The notes beneath the pieces were generated by a model. The model worked only from the letters and a program-made list of their open reading frames with translations. It was not told the origin of the DNA and ran no database searches. DNA of 63,100 bases, filler included, from Malassezia furfur (lineage: Eukaryota): assembly GCA_052055015.1 (NCBI GenBank). It is 9 parts of 9 records of this genome, joined end to end, with 100 filler letters (N's around TTAATTAATTAA, not from the genome) between each part and the next. Parts side by side here need not be neighbours in the genome. Positions count along the whole stretch, not along the records: positions 28,340 to 35,249 come from JBQJIT010000518.1; positions 35,350 to 42,221 come from JBQJIT010000519.1; 7 more parts are not named here. One strand, given 5' to 3'. Below, piece after piece: positions 31,203 through 40,989 of the stretch (position 1 is the stretch's first letter; the number at the start of each line of letters is the position of its first letter). The position numbers and the translations under genes are program-made.

Positions 31203-34001
31203 ATGTGGCGAGCGCAGCCGGGCGTCTCGTGGACCGATCTCGGCCTGGTCGCGAAATCGGCAGGGCGCTTGGCGCAGCAGGTGGCCTTAGCGCGCCCACA
31301 GGCGCCTGCAGCTGCTGCGGGTGCGTGGCCGACGCAGCGCTCCGCACCGGAAGAAAAGGAGGGTGTGTGGGATGCGACCCCTCGTGCCGCTCCGTCGGCG
31401 CCATTCCCAGGCGCTGCGCAACCAAAACGCGCGCCAAGCACACCATGGCCCTCGAAGCAGGCCGCGGGTCGTGAGTCGAGCCGTGTTCCGGAGCAACCTG
31501 CACCGGTTGCATCGCCGGTGCCGCCGCAAGAAGAACGGCGTGCATCGGTCTCAACTGAGCCGTCCACCCCGGTCAGCGGCGAGGCGCCCATCAAGGCGCG
31601 TGTGGATGCGCCGACATTGGAGCTGAGGAGTGCAAGCGCGTCGCGCACGGATGCGCCGGAGCCGTCTTTGGCAAGCTCAAAGCCGTCGGCGCCGTCGGCG
31701 CCGACGCGCGCAGATGCCGCCGCCGAGGTCGCACAGGGGCTTGAGCAGACAGCTGCAACGGCCGTGCGAGGTGCTGCAGAGACCGTGAAGGAGAATGCGA
31801 CTCCGTCAGCACACACCGAGTCGACAAACGCAGCCCCTATCTCCCCGAGCGCTGCAGTGGTCGAGGACGAGTACGATGCGGCGACCGAGGAGCGTGCGAC
31901 GCCGCTGCGTGCGGCTCGTGTGCCCTCGTCGCGTCTTGGGCGCCTACTGCATTATGGAAGTCTGGGCGCTGGCCTCGCATGGGGCTCGGCGGGCGAGTAT
32001 CTGCGCCGCGCGACGGGTCCGTCGGACGCGTCTGGACGTTCGTCGCCGTTCCTGTCGGAGGCCAACGTGAACCGACTGGTGGATAAGCTGAGCACGATGC
32101 GTGGCGCGGCGCTCAAGCTCGGCCAGTTCCTGAGCATTCAGGATAGCCACATGCTCCCGCCTCAGATCGAGCAAGTGATGCTGCGTGTGCAGAACAGTGC
32201 GCACTACATGCCGGCATGGCAGCTGGAGCGTGTGATGCGCGCCGAGCTCGGAGACGACTGGCGTGCGTCGTTTGCGTCGTTTGACGAGCGGCCGTTTGCC
32301 GCGGCGTCGATCGGGCAGGTGCACAGTGCCGTGCTCGCCGACCCGTTCCCGGCGCAGCCTGATATGGCGGGCCAGCGCGTGGCGGTCAAGGTGCAGTTCC
32401 CCGGTGTGGCTGACTCGATCTCGTCCGACTTGTCGAACATCAAGTGGCTGCTGATGGCCTCGTCGTTGCTGCCGAAAGGCCTGTTTCTGGAAAACAGCGT
32501 GCGCGTGCTGCAAAAAGAGCTCGAGGAGGAGTGCGACTACACGCGCGAGGCCGAGATGGGTCGCCGCTTCCGTGCGCACATCGACGCTGGAGGCGGTGCA
32601 CCCGAAGCGCTGCGCCTCGAGGTGCCGCGTGTCGTTGATTCGCTGTGCACCCCCCGTGTGCTGACGACCGAGTTTATGCGCGGCCGGCCGCTGACCAAAG
32701 TTATGCAGCTCGACGCTGCGACGCGCGACCGCATCGGCCTGACGGTGATGGATCTGAGCCTGCGCGAGCTGTTCGAGTGGCGCCTGATGCAGACGGACCC
32801 GAACTGGACCAACTTTTTGTACAGCGAGCGCAACCAGAGCCTGCAGCTGATCGACTTTGGCGCGACGCGGCCCTACACGCCCCAATTCATGGACGCATGG
32901 ATCAGCCTGCTCCGTGCCGCCGTCGCGGGCGATCGCGAGGCGTGCGAGGCGTGGAGCGTCGCGATCGGCTACCTCAACGGCGAGGAGCCCGAGGTACGTT
33001 GCCGCCCCATCACTGACCCAGACCATGCGCAAGGCCCACGTCGACTCGATGGTCGCGCTCGGCGAGCCGTTCCGTGCGTCGGCGCCGCAGCCGTTCCCTT
33101 TCGCGAACCAGACCATCACGGACGAGGTGCGTGCGCAGATCCCCGTGATGCTGCGCGAGCGGCTGCGCCCGCCGCCGCCGGAAACCTACTCGCTGAACCG
33201 CAAGCTGAGCGGCGCATTCTTGTTGTGCGCACGCCTCGGCGCGCACGTCGACTGCCGTGCATTGTTCGAGCGGATCACAAACGCCTACGTGTACAGCGAC
33301 GGAACGCACAACCCCCCCTCGCCCGGCGCGTTTGCGCGCAGCGGCGCACGTGGCCTGCACACCAAGGCCGCTCGACAGCGTGCGTAGCGTGGGCTCACGC
33401 AGGACTCGGGCGCAACTTGACCGACGTGTGGGCGCGTTATCCCCTCGATGAGATGCTTGCGCAAAAGATCGCGGCCGAGGACCGTGCGGATCCCAACATG
33501 GCCGTGCCGCGGCCCAAGATTGAGTTTGTGGGCCGCGCGGCGTCGGAGCCGACTATCAACTACCTTTCTTCGGAACAGATCCGCCCCGAGGCCGCGGGGA
33601 CCGTGCGGGTGCGTGGCATCGACGTGCCGCTGCGGCCCAACCCCCCCGGTGCGGAAGACTGCTGCATGTCGGGTACGTGCGCTGCTGACAAATAAGGGTG
33701 TGTCAATTGCGTGTACAATCTGTACGCCGACGACGTGGAGGAGTGGAAGGAGGAGATGAGCGCAATCCGCGCGCGCCTGGCGGACGCTTCGCCGCCTATC
33801 ACTACGGAGGAGTGGAACCCCAAGAAACTTGGCCCGCTGCCCGGCGAGTCGAATGCCGAGGTGAAGGAGGAGGAGGCCGAGGAGGAGGCCGCGGTCGGCA
33901 CCGAGGACCCGACACTGCAAGCCTTTTTCCAGCTCGAGCAGCGCATCACACGCAAGCACCGCAATGCGGCCAAAGCGGCTGAACGGAGTTCCGAACTATA
34001 G
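31203..34001 (+). CDS. COQ8: Coq8/ABC1 atypical kinase, extended by splicing into an Oxidored-like (Oxld1/YPL107W-like) domain; introns 32994-33021, 33380-33402, 33673-33696. Coq8-only form ends at TAG 33387
   Basis: MRGAALKLGQ, FAAASIGQVH, AVKVQFPGV, MQTDPNWTNF, DFGA, PPPETYSLNRKLSG; distal part PNPPGAEDCCMSGCVNCVYNLY...LQAFFQLEQR. Confidence 0.85.
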
Positions 34002-34019
34002 TGGTGGGGTTCGCTAGAG

Positions 34020-34465
34020 TTACGACGAGTAGAGCTGCTCCTTGAGCGGCACGCCGAGCTCCTCGCGCACCGACGAGAGCGCCTCGAGATAGGCCTTGTA
34101 CTGCGTGTCCGTCTCGACCTTGTACTTCAGGCCCTCAAAGATACGCACGGCCAGCGAGAAGTCGTTCACGCGCCGGGCCGCACGCAGGGCGCTCTCGATC
34201 ACCTCCGGCGAGGGAACGAGATCCTGGCCGAACGCGTTGTTGAGGCCGCGCTGCGCCTCGAACTGGTCCTCGACGCCGTCAAAGAACTTGACGAAGCGCT
34301 CGTTGAACTCTTCAAAGGTCTCGGTCGACTCCGAGTAGGCACGCGCTGCGAGTCAGTAGATCAATACATACCCTGCATAGCAAGCGGAGCACCGCGCGAA
34401 AACAGCGCCGCGCGCGCACTGGTCGATGCAGCAGCAACACGGAAAGCACCCGTCAGCAGAGCCAT
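34020..34465 (-). CDS. COX6: Cytochrome c oxidase subunit VI (Va); intron 34346-34371
   Basis: Presequence ...QARAYS then ETFEEFNER, QRGLNNAFGQDLVPSPEVIESALRAARRVNDF, FEGLKYKVE. Confidence 0.95.
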
Positions 34466-34538
34466 GGTGGAAGGAGGAGCTCGCAAAAACCGGGCCGTAC
34501 CCTCCGCTCCATCCCGACGTCACGTGCCACGGTGGACC

Positions 34539-35249
34539 ATGCGCCACGCGTACCTGCGCGTGGCTCCGCAGCCGCATGGCGGCGAGCTCGCGACGCGCGC
34601 CGCGCTCGACGTGCACGCACGTCCCAAGCGGCCTCTCGATGCCGTCGAACACGGCCCGCAGCTCGTCACGGCGCAGCTGCATTTTACGCTCCGTGACGAC
34701 GACGATGAGGCCGACGATGCCACCAGCGCACGTGCCGCTCTCGCATCCTTCGCGTCGTACGTGCGCCTGGCGCTCGTCGACGACTGGGCCACGCGGCTGC
34801 GCCCAGGCACGCTGATTGCGCCGACGCATGCGGCGCTCGTCGACGTGCTGGTCGACGACACGCGCCTCCTTACGCTGCCGGTTGCACGCGCACCGGACAC
34901 GGCGTGGCTCGCGCCGCTGCTGCAGCTTGCGCACGGCGCCGACGTCGTTCAGGTAGGCGCACACGTTGCCATACACGACGATACCCTTACGCTCGATGTC
35001 GACGCACACGTCTCGCCCCAAGCGCTCGACCGCCCGCACGCCTTGCCGGTCACGACGCAGCTGCTGGCGCTGCTTTCGACGCTCGACCCTGCGCACGACG
35101 CCGATGCCGCGCATGCGAGCGGTGCGGACCTCGTGTACTCGAGCCTGTGTGCGCGCGAGCGAGACGAAGCGACGCGCATGCCCGAGGCGCCGCAGCCACG
35201 CGCATTGCATGCGCATCTGCTGCCGTTCCAGCGGCGGTCGTTGGCGTTT
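34539..35249 (+). CDS. N-terminal fragment of a SNF2-family helicase/E3 (Irc20/SHPRH-like)
   Basis: Ends at contig edge in PQPRALHAHLLPFQRRSLAF, the typical lead-in to the SNF2 ATPase domain. Confidence 0.5.
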
Positions 35250-35349
35250 NNNNNNNNNNNNNNNNNNNNNNNNNNNNNNNNNNNNNNNNNNNNTTAATTA
35301 ATTAANNNNNNNNNNNNNNNNNNNNNNNNNNNNNNNNNNNNNNNNNNNN
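35250..35349. other. Artificial contig spacer
   Basis: N run with TTAATTAATTAA. Confidence 0.99.
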
Positions 35350-35921
35350 CGCGGCGCAAGGCACGCGAGCCGCGCGCGCCGATCCACACGCTGCTCGGCC
35401 TGCTCGAGCACGACGCGCTGCTCGCGAACGCACAGCTCGTCGACGCGCTCATGGCGCTGCTGAACGCCATCACGAAGCCGCTCGCGAGCGCACACCCCCT
35501 GCCGGAGCCGCCGGCGTGCGCAAGTGCGCCGACGGCCGCGGTCGCGGTGCTCAGTGCGCCGCTCGCCGGCAGCGAGGTGCTGCCGATCGCGGCCGAGCGC
35601 CTCGCGAGCGTCGTGCGGCCGCTGCGCACGGCGATCAGCTCGCGCGGCTTCCAGCACACGCTCGCGGTCGCGGCGCACCTCGCGCGCCTGCGCGGCGCGC
35701 GCGACGTGCTCAGCGACGCCCTGCGCCGCGAGGCGGAGCGCGCCTCGGCAGCGCTCATCGCCGACCTCGACACGCTCGTCGCCGCCCTGCCGCCGCCCGA
35801 CGCGCCGGACACGGGCGCGGTGCGCGCCGCGCCGCTCGCCAAGCTGGCCAGCCCCACGAGCGCGCAGGCGCAGCTGCTCCGCTGCCTGCGCGCGCTCGAC
35901 TACCTGTACATGGGGAAATAG
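35350..35921 (+). CDS. TOM1: 3' end of a Tom1/HUWE1-like protein that terminates before the HECT domain
   Basis: LLGLLE...LLNAITKPL...FQHTLAVAAHL...ARDVL...IADLDTL...LAKLASPTSAQAQLLRCLRALDYLY resembles the Tom1 pre-HECT helical region (LAKFSPASSDQAKLLRVLTALDYL type). Confidence 0.75.
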
Positions 35922-35954
35922 GTCGTAGAAGTACAATGCACGGCACCGCCATGC

Positions 35955-36746
35955 CTACACAGGGGGGGCGACGTGCCCCGTATCGGACGCATCGAGCGCC
36001 GCCGCGTCCGGCGCCACGGCAGGCGCCGCCGTACGCACCTCGATCGCCTGCGCGGGGACGTCGGTCGCGGCACTCGCCGTGCTCGCCGCGCCCGCCGCGC
36101 CCGCCGCGCCGCCGTCCTCGGGGAGCGGCAGGCCAAGCAGCGAGCGCAGCATCGCGTTCTCTACACGCAGCTGCTCGACCTCCGTCGCGGTGTCCAGCGC
36201 CGCGGCACTCGCGCGCCCCGAGTCGTCCGGCTCGGTGTCCTCGCCGTCGACGAGGCGCAGCGCATCGCGCACCAGCGCACCGAGGCGCGCGATCGACGCG
36301 TCGCGGTCCTGGTGCTCGTGCCGCTGCAGCGCATCGAGCTGCTGCGTCTGCGACGCGAGCCGCGACTGGTAGTACGCAGACAGGTCCAGGCCATACTGCT
36401 GCACGGCGTGCGAAAAGCTGCGGAACTTGCCCATGACCGTCTCGAGCGTCGCCTCGCACTCGCGCAGCAGCGCGCCGAGCTGCTTCGCCTCGTGCGCCAG
36501 CATCGTGTTTTCCTGCGTGAGCTGCACGTTGAGGCGCTCCAGCTCGCTCGTGAACGTCTCTTCGGCGACGTCGACGTTGAAGCGCCGCAGCGCATAGCCG
36601 CTCTTGGCGTGCACCGCCTGGCCCTGCAGCTCGTCGATCTGCGTCTTGAGCGCATCGGCCACCTGCTTGTTCGCCGTGACCTGCGCAGAGAGGTCGAGGA
36701 TCAGCGACCACAGCCGGTCATCCTGCTCGCCGTCCGGGCCTGCCAT
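35955..36746 (-). CDS. Small coiled-coil protein, SIKE/FGFR1OP2-like (STRIPAK subunit)
   Basis: LWSLILDLSAQV...GYALRRFNVD...FTSELERLN...ENTMLAHEAKQLGALLRECEATLETVMGKFR. Confidence 0.6.
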   Translation of the reverse strand: MAGPDGEQDDRLWSLILDLSAQVTANKQVADALKTQIDELQGQAVHAKSGYALRRFNVDVAEETFTSELERLNVQLTQENTMLAHEAKQLGALLRECEATLETVMGKFRSFSHAVQQYGLDLSAYYQSRLASQTQQLDALQRHEHQDRDASIARLGALVRDALRLVDGEDTEPDDSGRASAAALDTATEVEQLRVENAMLRSLLGLPLPEDGGAAGAAGAASTASAATDVPAQAIEVRTAAPAVAPDAAALDASDTGHVAPPV

Positions 36747-36853
36747 GGGGGGTGGGTCGAGAAAAGCGCCGGGCGCACCACGCACGCCCTCCACACACAC
36801 CCCCGCGCCTCGCTTGCAGGCGCCCGCACCCACCCACTCCGCCGCGCACGCTC

Positions 36854-38589
36854 ATGCCGGACGAGCCGACGGACGCGGCGCAGCTCGCGGCCATCGCGCG
36901 GTACCTGCACACGCTCACCGGCCGCCCACACGACACGGACCGCGCGATCCTCACCGACGCGCGCGCGCTCTTCGACGTGCTCGCGGGCATCGACGCCGCG
37001 CACTTTCGCAAGCCCAAGAAGAAGCCGACCCTCGACGCCGTGTACCGCCGGCTCGTGCACTAGTACGTGCGCCGACCGCTGACCCAGCTACGAAGATGTT
37101 CTGAGCTGGGACACCGCCGTTCCGACGCTCGACGGCCTCGGCGCAGACGACCTCGCGGACGCACAGCTCGCACAGCTGCTGCGCATGGTGCTGGGCGTGA
37201 TCGCCAAGAGCGAGGCGAACGACGCACAGATCCACGCGATGCAGACGCTCCCGTACGACGACCAGATGGTGCTCATGCGCGTCATCGAGCGCGTGCTAGC
37301 CGCCGGCGACGCACGCGACGACGCGACACCGACGCCCGACGCCGCCGACACGTCGCTCGTCGCCGACGCACGCGAGGTCGATGCGCTGCGCCGCGAGCTC
37401 GCGAAGCAGACGGAGCGCGCGACGTTGTACCAGGACCAGCTCGCGAGCGTCGAGGCGCACCTCCAGCGCGTCACGGAAGAGCACGGCGAAATGGCCGCCG
37501 AGCTGCCGACGCTGCGCGAGCGCGAGCGCGAGCGCATCGCGCTGCGCGACCAGCTCGACGAGTGGCGCCCGCTCGTCGAGCTCAGCAAGCGGCACGAGGC
37601 GCAGCTCGCCAAGTACCGCGAGCGGCTCGACGAGATGGGCACGCTCCGGCGCGAGCTGCAGGCCCTGCGTGCCGAGCGGACGCCGGCGCAGAGTGGCGCC
37701 GCATCGAGCGACACGGCGCCGGGCGCCGCGTCCTCGACGCTGCTGCTCGAGCGCCAGCTTGCGGCGCTCCAGGAAGAACACGCAGAGCTGCAGCAGGCGC
37801 ATGCGGCGCTCGTGGCGCGCTCCGCTGCGCCGTCCGATGCGGCGGCTCCCGACGTGCACGACGCGGCCAAGAGCGACACGTCGCGCGCGACCGACACCAT
37901 CGCGTCGCTGCGCAGCGAGGTGTCGCAGCTCCAAAAGCAGCTCGCCCAGACGCAGCTGGGCGGCCACGCGCCCGACCACGACACCGTCTCGCCCGAACAG
38001 CGCCAGTCGCAGCTCGCGGCCGTGCACGCGGACATCACGGCGATGCGCAACAATGCGCGGTCGAAGGAGAAAGAGGCCCAGTACGTCGCTTCGCGCCAAC
38101 TCACCCAGGTCGCTCCTGCGCAAGCTCGCGAAAAAGTACCCCTCCGACAAGAAGGAGGGCAAGTCGGCCTCCGGGCGCTCCACGCCGAAAGAGTTCCGCT
38201 CCGTGCTCGACCTGCTCACCGAGTCGTTCCGGCTGGACGACGTCGTGACACAGCGCCTGTTTACGTGCTGGGACGAGGCCAATCAGTCGCGCGCCGCGGC
38301 GCACCACAACGAGGAGGCGCCGGCGTCCGACGAGGCGCTGCGCGCCGTCCAGCGCGAGCGCGATCAGCTGCGCCGCGAGCTCCGGCTGATGGCCTCGGCG
38401 TACCACACGCTCGGGCAGCGCGTGTACCGCGAGACGAGCTGGGACCCGCTGGGGGCAGTGGCACCGATGCCCACGGCGCCCGCCGCGGACCCCGCCACGT
38501 ACACCCCCACGCCGGCGCCGGCGCAGACCTCGTGGCTCGCGCAGCAGCGCGGCGCGCTGGCGGGCGCGTTGCGCTTTGCCAAATCATAG
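36854..38589 (+). CDS. Hook-family dynein adaptor (HookA/Hok1-like), 560 aa; introns 37063-37087, 38081-38108
   Basis: N-terminal Hook-like LLRMVLGVIAKSE...QMVLMRVIERV, central coiled coil, C-terminal LRRELRLMASAYHTLG and SWLAQQR. Confidence 0.7.
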
Positions 38590-38626
38590 CCTCCTGTACA
38601 TGGGTCTACACACATCCTATCTCTCC

Positions 38627-40345
38627 TCATCGCCGCTCGACCATCGCGTTGACCGTGTTTTTGCGGCAGTCGCGCAGGAAACTCACCAGCTCGGTGCCCC
38701 CCGTGCCCCGGATGACCGCCTCTTTGCGCTCCGTGCGGCCCTGCGGCGGGCCGGCGCGCGCGGGCTGCACAATGTACTGCATCGCAATACGCATGTGCTC
38801 GTCGCGCAGCGCCCGCAGCGCCCGCAGCGCCTCGTCGTACGCACGTACCAGCGGGTGGTCCGCGCCCGCCCACCGGCACCGCAGCACGAGCGCACGCAGC
38901 GGGTGGTCGGACCACTCGGGCTCGGCGCCGTCGTCGCGCGGTGGACCACACACGGCCTCGGTGCCGATGCCGTGCTGCAGGTGCCGCAAGAAGGCGCGGT
39001 GGTGCAGCGGCATGTACGACTGCATGCGCTCCATAAACGTCGCGTCGGACGCGGGCCGCGCCGCGCCGCTCGCCTCGGGCGCGCGCTTTGTCCGCGCATG
39101 GTCCACGTCGAGGAACAGGTCGAGCGCGTGGATCAGCGTGCTCTGCCCGGCGCTCGGGCCGGTCCACAGCGAGGGCTCCGTCGCGGCGCCCTCGAGCACC
39201 CAGCCAGGCGCACGTCCCGAGGGCGTCGTCGTGTACATCGCGTCGCCAGTCTTGAACCACGGGCGGATCTGCCAGTAAAAGGTCGCGGGGTCGCACCCGT
39301 CGCGCATCTGGCGCAGGAGCGCCGTCAGCTTGCGGATCACCTCGGCGAGCTCCTCGAGGTAGCACGCAATGCGCTTCTCGGCCAGCTCATCCACGGCGAA
39401 CGCCTCGTTGAGCGACACACGCATCAGCGTGAGCGCCTCGACGCCCTGCAGCTCGATCAGCAGCGAGATGTAGTAAAAGTGCGCCTCGGACGGCGTGTTG
39501 GTAAACGTCTCCTGCATGCGCATGTTGCTCGGCACCATGCCGCGCGCGGGGTCGATCAGCGTCCAGTTCCACAGCACCGTCGTCGCATACGTCAGCACCG
39601 GCGGCAGACCCAGCCGGTCGCTCACCGCCACAAACGGCACGGCCAGCGACGCAGGCAGGCGGCCAATGTAGGCGGCCTCGTCGTCCGCGCCGCGCCGCGC
39701 CGCGCCCCACCGCGCAAACCATCCGGTGCGCGGCTGAGCCGCGCTCGCCACGGCCGCCGCCTTCTCGGCGTCGGCCTCGTACTGGCCCACGTCGGGCTGG
39801 GCATGCATGTAAAAGTGCGTCAAGAACGCCAGGACCACACACGCACGGCGCGCGGTGCGAATGTCGTCCAGCTGCTGCGCGGTGAGGGCAATCAGCGGCA
39901 TCGCCCGGATCGCTTCGCGCCATCGGCGCGCCTCGTCCCGCTGCACCGGCCCGTCGTACCGATCGCCGATCTCCAGGGGAATGGACTTGGCCCAGTCCAG
40001 CATCGCCTCCCACAGTGAAGGGGAGGCTGTGTCGTACGTCGTGTGCTGCACGTCGTACGCGGGGCCCGCAAGGCGCTCCAGCGGAGGCTCGGGCGGCAGG
40101 AAGCCCGAACGGACATCCACATCGAAATCGGCCGCCGCCAGGGTCGACGTATCCGGGCGGCTGTCGGCAGGCCGTGGCGTCGATGCCGCCTTGGGCATCC
40201 GACGACTCAGGCCTGCCAGGATATCGCGGGGGCTTCCCGCCGGCGCTGCCGATGAGCCATGCAGGCTACTGCACTCAGCCTCGGCGCTAGGACACTCCCG
40301 CTCGGGTTCCCGCGCCAGAAAATGACCCGGCTGGATCATCGACAT
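38627..40345 (-). CDS. Indoleamine 2,3-dioxygenase (Bna2 family), intronless
   Basis: SGFLPPEPPL, LGLPPVLTYA..VLWNW, SEAHFY, FYWQIRPW, GPSAGQS, YMPLHHRAFL, LRDEH, RGTGGT..VSFL. Confidence 0.92.
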   Translation of the reverse strand: MSMIQPGHFLAREPERECPSAEAECSSLHGSSAAPAGSPRDILAGLSRRMPKAASTPRPADSRPDTSTLAAADFDVDVRSGFLPPEPPLERLAGPAYDVQHTTYDTASPSLWEAMLDWAKSIPLEIGDRYDGPVQRDEARRWREAIRAMPLIALTAQQLDDIRTARRACVVLAFLTHFYMHAQPDVGQYEADAEKAAAVASAAQPRTGWFARWGAARRGADDEAAYIGRLPASLAVPFVAVSDRLGLPPVLTYATTVLWNWTLIDPARGMVPSNMRMQETFTNTPSEAHFYYISLLIELQGVEALTLMRVSLNEAFAVDELAEKRIACYLEELAEVIRKLTALLRQMRDGCDPATFYWQIRPWFKTGDAMYTTTPSGRAPGWVLEGAATEPSLWTGPSAGQSTLIHALDLFLDVDHARTKRAPEASGAARPASDATFMERMQSYMPLHHRAFLRHLQHGIGTEAVCGPPRDDGAEPEWSDHPLRALVLRCRWAGADHPLVRAYDEALRALRALRDEHMRIAMQYIVQPARAGPPQGRTERKEAVIRGTGGTELVSFLRDCRKNTVNAMVERR

Positions 40346-40451
40346 CGCCGTCGTGAAAACGCAACCCGCGCTCCACAAGATTCTCGGCACAATTTGATCG
40401 GGCCACCTCCCCCACCGACCGGAAGACGCAAAGAGGGGTTTCTCACTGACC

Positions 40452-40920
40452 CAATATAATGGATAAAATACTTTGAACTAACTTGAAATCTATTCTTATT
40501 TTGGCTATATAATTTACAATAGCATTAAACAGAAGTTGTACGTAATATAGCAAAAAACATATAATTATATATAAAATTATATAAACCAATTCCAAGCATG
40601 CCAATGTATATTTAAGTTATTTTATAAAATAATATAGTTGATTAGGATTAGATAGTAGTGAACATATAATTTATAATATACATTATTCTAAAAAAAATAC
40701 ATAATCTATTTGATTATATTATGTTATAATTTATTATTATACAATTATAGATACATAAGATATATTCATTGTAATATTGTTCTCAGATTATTTATTCAAA
40801 TAATAAGTTTTATATTATCAATAATCATTTATAAATGGTGAAAATTGTCTTTATATTCTATCGTGTATACTTTTAATAGTTTCGCTTGTGTATATAGCTA
40901 ATATAAATTAGATATTTTCG
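40452..40920. other. AT-rich non-coding island, candidate centromere core
   Basis: Hand count 76 G+C in 420 nt (40501-40920), about 18% GC, versus about 65-70% elsewhere; no ORF; lies mid-contig between divergent genes. Confidence 0.7.
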
Positions 40921-40989
40921 GGTTCAACTCAGCGCTGCTGTGGGGTAATCAGACCGATTACGTCAAGTGGAACTTGGGCTTGCATTAAC

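Noticed and set aside
40452..40920. AT-rich island as a NUMT, transposon or RNA gene
   Set aside because: No ORF, terminal repeats, or tRNA/rRNA-like sequence seen; a NUMT is not formally excluded without a search
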